Program-made: the position numbers and the translations under genes
Notes under the pieces: model-generated
The model's input: only the letters and a program-made list of their open reading frames with translations
Told to the model about the DNA's origin: nothing
Database searches by the model: none
Part shown: positions 43,146-56,454 of the stretch, in pieces
How positions within the stretch are numbered: the stretch's first letter is position 1
How the letters are laid out: each line of letters opens with the position of its first letter
Source of the DNA: Lama glama
Taxonomy: Eukaryota
Direction: 5' to 3'
Assembly (NCBI GenBank): GCA_028534125.1
Contig: CM052850.1
Span: forward strand, 26,784,001 to 26,848,000
Length of the DNA stretch: 64,000 nt

Positions 43146-44459
43146 TGAGCTTCGTTCTGGTTTGTTGTTGACAGCTTAGCCTTTTGTGACTTTGGTCCAT
43201 CGCAGTGGGGAGAGGAAACAGCGTTTGCAGAGTAGAGCAGTGAAAATCCTCTCATCTGATGCGCTCGAGACCACAGTGAGGTGACTGTTCTAAAGTATGA
43301 AACTGGAATCACAGGAACAGTACATGTCTACCTGGAGTGTGTTTATTTCCACTCCAGGCACAAATGTGTGTTTTTGCTTGGTGTCTTGGAGGGCAGGCCT
43401 TCCTTTGAGTTTGGCACCCTATTCAAACCCTCTGTTACATTTCTTGCATAAACCACTTACCGTCTGTGGTTGTGATTTTCATTCAAGTACAGAGTCCTGT
43501 ATTTTTATGACAGTCTTTCACGTTTTCTTATTTGTTCAGTTTGGCAGCCTTGTTTTTTTTTTTTAATGCAGTTTGCTTTTTTGCTTTATTATCCAAAGCC
43601 TTCAGCTTTGTTTTTGAAGGAACCGCTTTCTTTACTCCTATTTTACTAACTTATGTGGTATTAAAGTACATAATTAAAACAACAAGCACTGCCCTTGTAA
43701 ACAGGTCTGGGACCAGATGCAGCTGCCTCTTGGGAAGCCCTTGACCCAGCAGGTGGAGCAGGCATGCACTGTGGCTGCAGGTCAGGTGTGGCACAGGGAA
43801 ACGGGGGCTCAGGGGTGGACCTCTGAGGGCCCGGCAGAAGCTGTGAGTCCTTTTCCCAGAAAGATTTGTGTCTCACAGGAAGTAGATTCACAGATCCCTC
43901 GAGGCATCCCTGGGCTCTGGACCAGGCTGAGAGCCCTCCTGGTATAGACCGTCCTCACCCCACAGAGCTTCCCCAACATGGTCCCTGCAGGGAGGGTACT
44001 GCCGACACCTTACTCTGAACAACAATAGAAGATGACTGACCATTGGGGATTAGAGGGCTGGAGGCATGTGTTTCTGCCTGACAACCTGGTGAGAGCTGGC
44101 TGGAAAGCTCACGAGTGTGGCCGGTGCACAAACCGCCTTCTGCTCCTGTTGGAGCTGCACCAGCAGGGAGCCCAGCTGTCGCTCACCTTGGCTTAACAGG
44201 CAGGTGCTGCTGGGGGTGCTTCTGTGTGCCTTTTCAGGAATTTTTTCTGGGGCTTGTGTTTCCTGGGAAAGCATGTGTGGGTAAACAGTGGGCGTGGCAC
44301 AGGCAGGTGACAGAAGACCCTCTCGTGTGGAGGGAGGGCACTCTGTCAAGTCTGCCTGGTGGTGAGGACGCTGGGGCCTGAGTGACTTCCCAGCTCCTGC
44401 TGGGTGTGATCTGCAGTAAACGTGGGCACAGGGACCCTGGGTCCACTGCCTCCTGTCTT

Positions 44460-44591
44460 TTTGTTTGTTTTTGTCTTTTTTGGGGGTGGGTAATTAGGTT
44501 TATTTATTTATTTATTTAATGGAGGTACTGGGATTGAACCCAGGACCTTGTGCATGCTCAGCAGCTCTCCACCACTGAGCTCTGCCCCCCC
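44460..44591 (-). mobile_element. tRNA-derived SINE (camelid Vic-1-like) with a perfect 17-bp target duplication
   Basis: A and B boxes plus an AAATAAATAAACCTAATTAC tail on the minus strand; CCACTGCCTCCTGTCTT at 44443-44459 and 44592-44608. Confidence 0.9.
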
Positions 44592-47500
44592 CCACTGCCT
44601 CCTGTCTTGAAGAGACTGGCAGGGATGGAGCGTGAAGACCCTGTGCATGGTGGGCTGTGACACCTCCATGAACCCCACCTCCCCATTCACAAGACATGGG
44701 GCCCCAGCACCTGTGTGTTGAGTTGTGGCTCCCTCCTCCCCCACTTTACATATTTTGTTTCTGTTCTTAAAGACTTAAAAAAATTACTTTATGGTCTCTT
44801 TTGAAATAATTAGATATTAACCCACAGCACTGACTGGAAATAAAGCAACATAAGCCCCCCTTTAAGTCTCTCCTCAGTTTCCAGGCATAATGGTGTCCAC
44901 AGAAGGAGCACTAAAGTGTGTTACTAGGGCATGAATTGTGATTCTAACCCTCAAGTCAGTGCAGAGGAGGGCAGGCCATAGACAAGGAAGCACAGCAGTG
45001 GTGGCCACACAGCTGCTGCCTTCCTGCTGCCTTGGGGCCAGCTGGACAGAGTCTCTGTGGCCACAGTATACACCACACCCTGTGACCCAGCTAGTCCTGC
45101 CTGGGAGCGTTTCCTGAAGAAATAACGTGCTCAGCTGTGGGGAGAGGGCACAGGGGGCTTTGTGTGTCTGCACCATCTGAACGTTTTACCATGAAACAGT
45201 AAACCGGTTTTACTGTGAACACGCATTCATCTCACAAGCAGAAAATGTTAAACGGAAAGCATACCTCAGTCTGCCAGCACGGCGCACTCTTAGAAGGCAT
45301 CCTTGGAGGGCGCCTGCTTCAGTGGGAGGGGGCGCTCTGCTCCCTCTGGCTCCATCCGTCCCCTTAAGAACCAGGTGTCACCTTTTTGTTCCAGGGAGCC
45401 ATGCTCACAGGTCCTCCTGGTGCTGGCAAAACTTCTCACCAAGGTGACTGCGGGGGAGGCCAGTGTGCCTGTCATCACTGTGAATGGGTCAGAGTTCTTG
45501 AAAGTGTTTGTGGGCGTTGGGCCAGCTTGGGTAGGTGGATGCGCCCTATCCCTGCCCCGGGTCTGTGAGGGGCCCTGGCGGTGGGCACCAAGCAGACCAC
45601 AGATGTGCAGGGGAGACCCAGGTGGGCAGACAGCAGCTGAGGTGGGTCAGGTTCCAGAAGAGGGGGCTCAAGTTGGTAGATTCTTCTTCCTGTCTTTGTG
45701 CCGGTAACAGAGTAGACTCTGTGGTGGACTCCTGTTTCAGGTTTGTGACATGTTTGTGATGGCCTGAAAAATGTCTCTTGTATCTTATTCATTGATGAGA
45801 TGGGTGCAATTGGCAGGAAATGAGGCTGCAGGCACTTTGGTTGCCAGAGCGAGCAGGAGAACACCTTGAACCAGATGCTGGTGGAGATGGATGGTGAGAC
45901 CCCACATTACCGTCTGCCAGGCCTTCATTTCTGTGCAGTAGCTCCCTGGGCGAGAACCCCTGATTGTTCTGTTTGAGAAAGGCTGTTTTCAGGCACACGT
46001 ACTGGAGAGAGCTGTTCGGTTTCACACAGGCCCCACTGTCAGCAGGAGGACCAGGCGTTGGTGCCCTCCCTGGCCCGGGGCTCACAGGTGCCCTGGCTGC
46101 CTCTTGCACCAAAATCTCTCTCCTCTCTCCCCCTCGAGACTTGTGCTCAGAGAGGCTCCAGCCGAGTCTGACAGCCTGCCAGGACTGCTGACGCCTCCCG
46201 GGAAGTGTCTAGGCCTTCGTGCCAGTTTTTGAATTTTGGAAAGCTGTCTGCGGTCCTTTGGCAGATCTTGTCCTCTCTTCATCTTTGTAACTGTGTTGGG
46301 GTTCGCGAGATTACTCCTGGTTTGGTGATCCACTGGAAGGCCTCCGTGTTTAATTGTGTTCGTACTGTGGTTGACTTCAGTGACAGGACACAGGAGAATC
46401 ACGGGGAAGAGGTGCCTGGGCCAGGCCCAGGGAAGCCGGCCACAGCTTCCAGAGGCCCTTCCTATGGAGTCTCAGGGCACACTTCCTCCCCTGGCAGCGG
46501 GCCAGATGCCACTCGGGAGTGCTGTCCGCCAGGGTCAGGTTTCCCAAGGGGGTTGGGTCATGCGGCGCCCTGCGCCAGCACATCCCGAGGGGGAAGGTGC
46601 GTGCTTGGCGTGAAGCACACTGTTTGCAGAGTGTAGACACAGGGGGCCCCACTTACCAGGGAGCAATGGAGACCCTCCTTAAATCCCGGGTCCCAGAGAT
46701 GGTCGGGGGCCCTGTGAGCAGGCCTTGCCAAAGATGTGCTGGATGGGACTGCCGTGTGTGCTTTTCTGAACAGGCCAGAATGTTGCTCAAGTCTTCAGTT
46801 GTATTGAGTATCCAACAGTCATTCTAATTAAGCTGTTACTGTGTCCTGATGTCTGGAGGGGCTGATGGGAGGGACAGTTGGAGGGGAAGGAGGTTGGGAG
46901 CACTTCCTCTCCCCTGGCCCTGCCAGGTGCCCCGTTCTCCTTTGTACGGCCATACCTGCCCCTGTCCCGTCTGGCTCCCTGGTCTGCAAGCCTTTCAGCA
47001 CCTGGGTGATCCAGGGCACTGACAGTGGTAGGGGGAGGTCTCCCTGACCCCTGCAGGTTGTCGCGTGGTGTCAGAGGCTGGCAGGAACCAATAATGAGTT
47101 AGGATGGGGGTCCACACCCTGAGACTGGGCTGTGGGGGTCCCAGTTAGCTGAGGAATGGCTGGTTACCCACCAGTGCAGATGCCTCTCAGAGCAGTGGGG
47201 GACTGTGGGGGCCTAGCTGCTGGTTCCTGCGTGGCAGAGTGGGTGTCAGAGCCAGCCCTGGGTGTGAGTGTCTGCCCCACACTGAGCAGCCTGTGCAGTG
47301 TGCTGTGGAGCCAGTGGGAGGAGACGCAGAGCCAGCGTGGGGCTTCCCAGGGTGGGCAGTGGTTCTGGAAGTTCGGGCCAGGTGTGCAGGGGAGAGCAGG
47401 GGAGAGGAGAGGCCCCTCGGAGTGTGGTGCTGACCTGACAGGTGCCGACCGCACCCTCTCCTCGGCCTTACCTGCTCCTCTTGCGTCCAGGGTTCAACTC

Positions 47501-48819
47501 GGCCAACGACGTCATGGTGCTGGGCCGGCACCAACCGGCCTGGTGTTCTCGACCCGGCCAGTTTGACTGCCAGATTTACATTGGTGAGTGTGCTGGCCAC
47601 CCGGTGCTCCAGCTTGGGGTTTCATTTGGGTTTGGGTGAAAAATTTAGATAGATCATTAGATGTGTATTTGGAGGAGATTTTTGATTGAGGTCCTAAAGC
47701 AGTTAATACAGTGTTTTGAAACAACGGAGGTACATGTGTGCCCCCTACTTGTGGAAAGAACAGATGTGGCTGGCCCCGCAGGAAGGCCACTGCAGTCCAT
47801 GCAGCTGGGAGCAACGTGACGGACGTAGAGTTTTCAGCTTTTGTTCTTCATGCGCTGTTACAAAACCTTAAAGGGCAGTTTGCAAGGGGAGGGTTCACTG
47901 TGGCCCTTTCCACTGAGGAAACGTCGGTCCTGCAGCCTACATCTGCTCATGGTTGGGTCCCGGTCCCGGGAATAGGTTTGCTGTAGGCCAGAGGCTGCAC
48001 CATCCGGAAGGTGTTTTAATGTGTTGAAAAGCTGAGTGACCACCATGACCCGTGGTTCACTTCTGCCCTGGCCCTAGTCGGGCAGCCAAGTGTGCAGTGC
48101 AGACACACGGGTGGTGCCCAGAACCCCAGACTGCCCTCACAGCCTTTGTGAAGTGGCTGCAGGTGACCCTCACCTGGCCGTCTGTGCCTCTGTCTCTCTC
48201 TGTTAGGCCCCTCTGACGTCAAAGGCAGGGCCTCTGTTTTCAAGGTCCACCTGTGTCCACTCAAGTTGGATGAGAGCCTCAGCAGGGACGCCCTGGCTGT
48301 GTTGTCATGGTGCCACTCTTGTCTTTAGAAAGTTGACTCTGTTGGGACATGTCAGCGGTCTCAAGAGATTATTACCCCAAAGCTAATTTGTACTTGTTTG
48401 AATTTCTGGTTTAATTCTGTTTAGACTTGATACGTTTTTATTGCAGAGATCAGACTGACATCTGAGGGCAGACAAGTAAGGTGAAGAGGTTGCCGTGCGT
48501 TTTTTAGTCTTGGGCTTGCCCTCCCACCTGTGGGCTCCCTTTGCCTTTCTCTCTTCTTTGTAATCAAAACCCAAGAGTTTACACTGGGGAACTTGTTTCC
48601 CTACCAGAGTGGTTTAAACATCAGGAGTTCACAGCTTTTCCAGGGGCTCCTGTCCATCGTACACCTCCTCAGCAGCCAGGGGGCTTTGCAGGCCTCATGG
48701 TTACCATGGCAAGCCGCTGGCCGCTGCCCCTGCCCCTCTGGGAACATGATGTGGTGGTGCCTCAGCCCTCCAGCCACCACGGCCTCCATCTCCTCAGTGT
48801 CCTGCCCAGGGAAGAAGTA

Positions 48820-50905
48820 ATGGATGAGCACTTCCCAAGCGGGATAAAAGACATGAGTCTACACATCCAAGAAGTTCAGGGAACTCCAAGTAGGGATGGA
48901 GCCAGAGACATCCATACTGAGACGTACTGTAATCCACACTGGTCAGAAGCGAAGAGGAGCTCTTAAAACCAGCAGGAGAGGAGGGACATGTCATGTACAA
49001 GGGTCTTCAGTGAGGTTAACATCTGATTTCTCATTGGAAACCATGGAGGCCAGAAGGCAGAGGATCTGGCGAAACTCTTTTTCAATGATGAAGGAGAAAT
49101 TAAGGCATTTCCAGATACTTTTAGGAGTTGAGAGAGCTTGTTATATTTAAACCTGCCCTACAAGAATCATTAGAGAGCCCTTCAGGCTGAAGTGAGTGAG
49201 CCAGTAACTTGAGGCTGTGAGGCAAAATAAAGGTCACTGGTAGAGGCTGGTAAATAGAAAGGCTGGCGTGGTGGTCTTTTTGGTTTGTAACTCCTCTTTT
49301 TCTCTCTTTATGGCTTGAAGGACAAGTGCATAAAACCATAATTACAAGTCTGTTAATGGGTGCATGATGTAAAAAGATGTAACCTGAGACAGCGTCAACA
49401 TAAAGCTGGAAGGAGATGTGTAGGAGCAGAACGTTTGTATTATTAAAGCTAGAGATGGGAAAGCTGATCTTAAAACTCACGTGGAACTGCCAGGGGACCA
49501 AGTAGCCAACAGCATCTCGTGAAAGAGCAGAGTTGGAAGACTCACACTCCCTTTATTCAGAGCTTCCTGTGAAACTCCAGTAGCCAGAACAGGCAAGAGG
49601 GTAGACGTGGACCGATAGAGTAAAATTAAGAGGCCAGATAGAGTCTCTGATCCGTCGTTTCTGTCAAGTATATAAAGACCATTTGCCGGGGAAGGAAGAG
49701 TCTGCTCGACCGAAAGTGCTTGGACAGTGATCTCCACAAGCAAAGACGGAAACTGGACCTCAGGCTGTGTGCAGAGGTCAAGTCAAAGTGGCGAAGAGGC
49801 CTGAGGTTTGGAGCTAAAACTATGAAGGTCTTAGAAGGAAACAAGGGAGAAGGTCTTCGTGGCCTTGGATTTGTCAGTGGCTTCTTAAATCACAAGCAGC
49901 AAGTGAAAGAGCAAATTGCACTTCCTGAAAGTTAAAATCTTTTGTGTATCAAGGGACATTATTGAGGGAATGAAAAGACGGCCTACAGAATGGAAGAAAA
50001 TATTTGGAAATTATGCATCTCATAAGGGCCTAGAATCCAGAATTTGCAAAGAACCCAGTTTAAAAGTGGGCAAAGGATTTGAATAGACACTTTTCCAAAG
50101 AAGAAATACAGATAGCCAGAAAGGACATGAAAAGATGCTCAGTGTTATTAGTCATTAAGGAAATGCATCTCAAAACCGCAAGATCCCACTTGACACCCTC
50201 CAGGATGGCCACGAAAGACAGACAGACGGAAGAGCTGGCAGGGTGTAGGCAGGTGGGAACCCTCCCTGTTGGTGGGATGTAAGATGGTATGTCTGTGGAG
50301 ATCAGCGTGGCAGTCCTTCAAGAAGCGAGATGCAGTTGCTGTATGACCCCAGTTCCACTTGGGCATCTACCTAAGAGAATTAAAATCATTTCTCCACACA
50401 AAGACTGGTACATGGGCATTCACAGCAGCATTATTCATAAGGTAGGTACCACCACAGTTTCCATCAGGGCATGACCTGCAGATGCAGAGGGCCAGTGGTA
50501 CCACACTGTTTTGTACAAGGGGCTTGGGTGTCCGTGGATTTTAGTGTCTTCTTGTGGATACCTTGGGACAGCTGTACTTGGAACATTATTCAGCTGTAGA
50601 AAGGACTGAAGTACTGATTGGTGCTGCAATGCTGGAGGAACCTCACAGTATTTTGCAGGTGAAAGAAATGGACACAAAAGACTACATATTGTATGATTCC
50701 TTTTCTGTGAAACTTCCACAGACGGAAAGTAGATTAGTGGTTGGCGGGGGTGGGTACGAGAATTAACCACATAAGTGCCAGGAATGTCTAGAATGAGATT
50801 AGGGCAGTAGTTGCACATCTTGATAAATGTACTAAAAGTCTTTGAAATAGACCCTTAAAATGAGTAGATTGTACATTAAATAAGTTACTCCTCAATAAAT
50901 TTTTG
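48820..50905 (+). mobile_element. Old L1 (L1MB-like), internally deleted: ORF1 remnant, ORF2 3' end and 3'UTR
   Basis: GATTTCTCATTGGAAACCATGGAGGCCAGAAGGCAG (ORF1), GCAAAGGATTTGAATAGACACTTTTCCAAAGAAGAAATACA (ORF2 end) and GAAAGTAGATTAGTGGTTG...AATAAA (3'UTR). Confidence 0.8.
50455..50574 (-). mobile_element. MER2-like TcMar-Tigger MITE nested in the L1
   Basis: Minus strand starts CAGCTGTCCCAAGGTATCCAC...AAAATCCACGGACACCCAAGCCCCTTGTACAAAAC, resembling the MER2 5' end, with a TA immediately outside. Confidence 0.55.
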
Positions 50906-53900
50906 AACCAAAAAAACTGGCTAAAAGCAATGGTGACTGACAAAGCAGCTTGCATCTCCTTCCAGTCCTTGACCTGGTCTGCTCTGGTCCCTTAACTGGA
51001 GACTTTCCTGTGACAGTCCGCCCTGGGGCGCCAATGGGACTGCTCCCACTGGCAGGCGCTCGTACCTCTAATGTTTGCACTGAAGTGGCCCTAATCACTG
51101 CCCGCCACCTCAGCCCTTTAGTTCCGGACAAACACTTTGAGCAGGCCATCGCGAGGATCATCGGAGGTGAGCTGGGCTGCCTTGAGGAGGGGACGTTCCA
51201 GCTCTGGCCTGCAGCAGGCTCACCCTGGGGCCCTAGCTTCGTGTCAGTGCACTGGAGCCGGGAGCGGTCTTCCAGACCGGAATTGGGAACTGGGGTCTGT
51301 CAGCAGCTCCCGTATTCTTTCTGGAGCAACATTGAGAATCTCAAAGATGAGGGACCTTCAGGGTGCTGAATCAGATCCAGGTTTGGGTTCTGACTGGACA
51401 GGAGGAATGTCTGCTGGGTGCTTCCCCCTGAGTGCTTGCAGGGGCCATCCCAGCGCTCCTACTGGGCCAGTGCTCTGTGAGGGGTGAAGGCTGGAGTAGG
51501 GGCTTCAGCGTGGGGGTAGGGGTCTCCTGAGGGCCTTTCCAGGACGGAGGTCAGGGAGGTGTCTGTGTGGCCAGCAGCTCAGCTGTTCATACTCCGGCCC
51601 CATGGCTGTGATCACCAGCTCACCCAGACAGCAGGTTGGCCACCGTACTTTGTTTGAGTTTCCCTTTTTATCGACGTGTAACACAACCAGAGAAGTGCGG
51701 AGAGAGTATCAGTAGCCCAGGACAGTCGCCACAGCTGCTCAAGGGCGATCTGGTGGCTCTGGCGAGCTGACTGGCCACAAAGCTGCGCTCAGCACGAGGG
51801 GTCTGTGCCTTGCTGTGCTCTGTTTCCTGCCTGTGACTGGGCTGTAGACCATGCAGAGAATTCCTCCTCGTTTCTCGTACGGACAGCATCACTTCCCTCA
51901 AGCCATGAAAAGTAGCTAATCTCTCACCCACCCCAGAGCCATCTGCTGCTTGTAAGGGAGATGGGTTGGGACCTGGTGTTTCCATAGAGCAGAAGGCAGC
52001 ATAGTGTCTAGTGTGTCTGGCATGTGGGGATGGCGCAGAGTGGGGTCTGAGGAGTGTGTGTGGAGCAGACGGCTGGGTCTGTTCTGGCTGGACACAGGCT
52101 CTGACCAGCCCCCAGCATGCCCCAAGTGCAGAGTGGGAACTTGGTGCCCACTCCTCAGCTGTCCGTTCCTCCTCTCCCTCTTACGAGGACTTTGATTTGT
52201 AGGTCTGGAGAAGATGACGCAGGTCCTCAGCCTGGAGAGAAGACAACGGTGGCCTACATGGTGGTGGGCTGGTTCCTGGAGCACGCAGATCCCCTGTTGA
52301 AAGTTGGTCACGTCCCTTCGCGTGTCTGCACGGGGAGGGGCAGGGCCCACTCCCCTCCTAGCTCGTCCCTTGGTCTCCAGGCGTGGGTGCCTGTGTGTAG
52401 CATGTGGCCACATGGGCACAGTACCTTCAAGGTGGCAGCCTTTTTGCTTTCCAAGGAACGTAGTGGTCTAGAATTTGTTATAAGACTCCTTGAGGGGTGA
52501 GTGGGTAGAGAGCTGGGTGCTGGTTTCAGGAGGGGTTTGGGTGCTGGCCACCTGACATCTGCTGAGGTTTTACCCGATGGCTGGCTCCTCTGCAGGGTAG
52601 GTGGGGGGGGTTTCCATGTTAATTGTTGGGGTGACCCCCGTCAGTGGTGGGGCCCAGGGTCTGCTCTCCTTCCACACTCTTGCAGGGAGACCAGTGCTCA
52701 GAGGGGCAAGGTTGGTCCGGGATGCCCCAGGACTGGGGCTGTGTCTTGCAGGTGTCCATCATCCCCCGGGGCAAGGGGCTGGGCTTTGCCCAGTGTGTGC
52801 CCCCAGAGCAGTACCTGCACACGCAGGAGCAGCTCTTTGACTGCGTGTGCATGCTGCTGGGCAGCAGGGTGGCTGGAAAGCTGTTTTTCTGCCAGGTCAC
52901 CACAGGGGCCCAGTATGACTTGAGGGAGGTAACCCAGAACGCCTATGCCCAGGTAGAGCAGCGCTGGGTGGGGGGCTCTGCACGCGAGTCTGGCCAGGCT
53001 CACCTCCCTCCACCCCCACTCCAGATAGTGCAGTTTGGGATGAGTGAGAAGCTGGGTCAGATGTCCGATTTTCCCCAGCAAGGCGAAGGGCAGGCGGGGA
53101 GGCTGTACAGCGAGGCCACAGCTTGGCTTATCGATGAGGAGGTGAGGTACCTCATCAGCTCCACCCACGAGACCTGCTGACGCAGTGCTGGGAGCAGGTG
53201 GACAAGGCAAGTGCGGCTGGGGCGGCGCCCATCCTCCGGGAGTTCTGGTGATTCGCAGGCTGCTGACGGGCAGTGGGACTTGCAGGTGGGCAGGCGGCTG
53301 CTGGAGAAGGAGGTGCTGGAGCAGGCTGACATGGTGGAGCTGCTAGGCCCATGGCCCTTCACCGAGAAGACCACCTACAAGGAGTTTGTGGAGGGCACAG
53401 GCGGCCTGGAGGAGGACACATCCCTTCCCGAGGGGCTGAAGGGCTGGAACCTGGGGCAGCAGTGGGCACGGAGCCCAGCGTGTGGGAGAGCCTAGCCTAG
53501 TGCCTCTGCTTTGGAGGGCAGCTTCTGGAATCACTGGAAAACAAACGAAAACGTGGTGACTGCAAATGGGCAGTTGCAAATAAGGGTTTTCTGAGCCCAC
53601 AGGTTCCTGCTCCCAGAACACGCCTGTTCCCTGAGAGGGGGCTGGGACCCTGTTCCTGAGTCATGGGGGACAGTGGTGGGCAGTGGGCTTCTCTGATGGG
53701 GACCCCCAAGGAGGGGGAGGGGGCTTTTGGCCCAGTTCAGAAATGCTCAAGGTTTGGTGAGGTGGCAGAATTAAGAAAAGGAAAATATAAGCCAGGTATC
53801 CAGGGAAATAGCTGTTTGGGTTGGTGGAAGGCCTGTTTGTTGGGATGGAGGGAACTCAGCACCTCCTGCCGGTGTGTGGTTGGTGTAGGGTGGTGGAGCC

Positions 53901-55598
53901 TGAGTGGGGGCCCGCCTGCCAGCCCCAGCACCTGTTCCCCGGGTGGGGCCTTTCTGACCATGTGTCGGGATGTGATGATCTTTTCCAGGAAGCTGCATTC
54001 CTTGTGAGCCTTTTTGTTGGAGTCATGGAGAGGGAGCCTCTGGACTGCAGGGGAGAACCCTCTCCAGGTGAGAAGAAGGCCACTTTGGTGATAGCTAAGC
54101 TGGAGGGCTCATGCCTTCCATCACCTGGGGGTCCTGGGATGTGACCTGGGACCAGCCCCTGGGGAGCTGAACCCGGCTGGAAGCCTGGGCTTTAGTGGAA
54201 ATGGCCCCTCTGCTCGGCCTGCTGCTGGGAATTCCTGGGAATCCTGAGGGTGACAGGGGCAGATGGGTGGATCTGGGTCGACTGCTGTCCTGGCCTCCAG
54301 GGCTGACCGCCCCCATTTGTGTCCTGCTGCTGGCCTGCCCAAGGCCACGTGCTGGAACTTGGAAATTAGACTTTCCAAATCGTTTGGTATGTTTGCCTCA
54401 AAAATAGAATTTCTGGCTTGGGACAAACACCTTCAACTCTGTAAAATGTGCATTATTGAATTACTTAACTTGGGGTTGGTCCTGTAATGCAGCCTCTTCC
54501 AAACTAAGCCCGTTTGCTGAGCTGCCTGGGGCCCTGCCAGGGTCCTGTCTTGGGGCTCCCTCTGACAGGTGGGATGCTCCCTTTGACCCCAGGGAGGCCC
54601 TAAAGCTCAGCCCTTCCCCAGGGTCCAGGGCACCCCCTTGGCGATAGCACCCCCTGGCCTGTGGTGCCCTCATTCTGCACCCCTTCCAGTCTCCTCAGCT
54701 CCCCTTTACCCCACCCCATCTGGGCCATCACACCACCTGGGGCTCCTTGGCCTGCAGTCGAGATCTGGCCAAGAATCTTGGGTTAGGGAGGCTCAGCCCA
54801 GCAGAGGAACCCCTGGCATGGGGCCCAGGGCCGGTTCTCTGGGCCCTCGTCTCACGGGTGATTGAAGTGTTTGGGGTTTGGGCTCATGGACTGGCCCCAC
54901 CTGCTTGGACCAGCCGGCTGCTCTGGACCTGGAGCTCCCTGGGGACCTGCCCTGGGCTGGGAAGAGGATCTCCAGGGAGCATCTCTGCCTCTTCCAGCCT
55001 GGGCTTGTGGGGCAGGGTCTTCCTTACTGCCTTGAGAGCCAGGGCACCTGTCCCTGAAACGAGACTCAAATGAGCCCAGAGTGTGTTGCGGTGGAGCCCT
55101 CAATGGCTTCAGCTGGAGGAGGACCCGAACACAGAGTCCCGAGAGGCCCCTAGAGCAGCCACCCCCACCCCCGCCGCACCCCTGCGCTCTGCTGTCAGAG
55201 AGGAAGAGGTCAGGCAAGACTGAACAGGTGGCGTTTTAATCCTGCTTTTTGGAAATGAGTTCTGTGGAAGCGGCAGCAAGAAGGATGGAAGCTGGGGAGG
55301 AAGACCCTGGGCGGGGGGCATGCGGTTGCCCTCACGGAATCAGTTTTCAGTGAAATTCTCGATTGTGCCTGGAAGACATCGGTCGTGTTGCTGCCCCTCA
55401 GTGGGGGTGGGTCCTGCTGCAGAAGGCAGCCTGCGTTTCTGGGCTCCTTTTCCTGGTGGGAACTTGGTATAGCTTCACCCAGTGGGCCCAGCACATGCCC
55501 AGGGCTTGTACAGAGGAGCCTGTTTTCCTTCCCCAGACGTGTTTCAGTGGGGAAGGATCAGGGCAGGTGGCCTAGGGGACAAAAAGCAAGCTTACACA

Positions 55599-55604
55599 TT
55601 TATT
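55599..55604 (-). terminator. DBNDD1: Candidate DBNDD1 polyadenylation signal AATAAA (alternative ATTAAA at 55235-55240)
   Basis: TTTATT on the plus strand about 850 nt past the DBNDD1 stop. Confidence 0.5.
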
Positions 55605-56454
55605 TTAGAACTGTTCTTGGACTCACTGTCAGACCAGAAGCCTGCTGTGTCCAGTCGCACGTGAGTGGCACTGGGAGCAGCTGAGCCTGGTGCCTCAGAA
55701 CTGGGGGCCAGGGGCTATGCCCAGTTCCCCCTCACGTCCCCACCTCGTTCAGGCTGCCTCACCCCAGGTGGGGATGCCAGCCAGGGACACAGACCCATGC
55801 GTGTGCCTGCGTGTGCATTTGCATGATGGGCTGGGGGGACTGGGATGGGCCTGGGATGGGAGAGGGCGAGCCCCATCTGCCTAGCAGCCTGAGGCAGTCA
55901 TGTCATATTTGGGGTCCAAGCTAAGGAAGGTGGGCCTGGCTGTCACGCAGGGACCAGGACTAGCAGGGTCTTGGGTCTTAGGGCCTGGGTGTCTGGTGCT
56001 GACAGTGCTCCCTTGGCGGCAGGAAGCAGACAGCTGAAGTCAAGGTGGTAGTTTTCAGGGCTGACTCTCCCACCCATGTACTTGGCTGAACAGCAGTGTC
56101 CCATGGGCTGGAGCTTGGCTTAGCTGTTCATGGAGTGGAACTTGAGACCCCCGAGGGGTCTGCAGAGTGCCTCTCACAGGCAGGTCCCCGCTCACCCTGC
56201 ACCCACTCTGGAGGTGGATGACAGATCAGAACACCAGTCCTGCAGACGGAAGTTTCTAGAAGGCTCAGGCCACTCCTTTCTCATCTCCAGGCGTTGCCCC
56301 TGATCCAGGGACCAGGAATGAGCTGGACATAAGGCCACTGGGCTGTGCTTATGCTGAGGCACCCTGAGACCCCATCCCAGAGCCATGTGGGCGGGCAGCG
56401 TCCACGGGCACAGTTGTCCCGGCTTGCCCTGTCTCGGCCCTGGGGCCAGCCGGC

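Noticed and set aside
45196-45216. Near-perfect palindrome ACAGTAAACCGGTTTTACTGT containing a GRHL-type AACCGGTT
   Set aside because: A single short motif in a pseudogene intron with no supporting context; compatible with chance.
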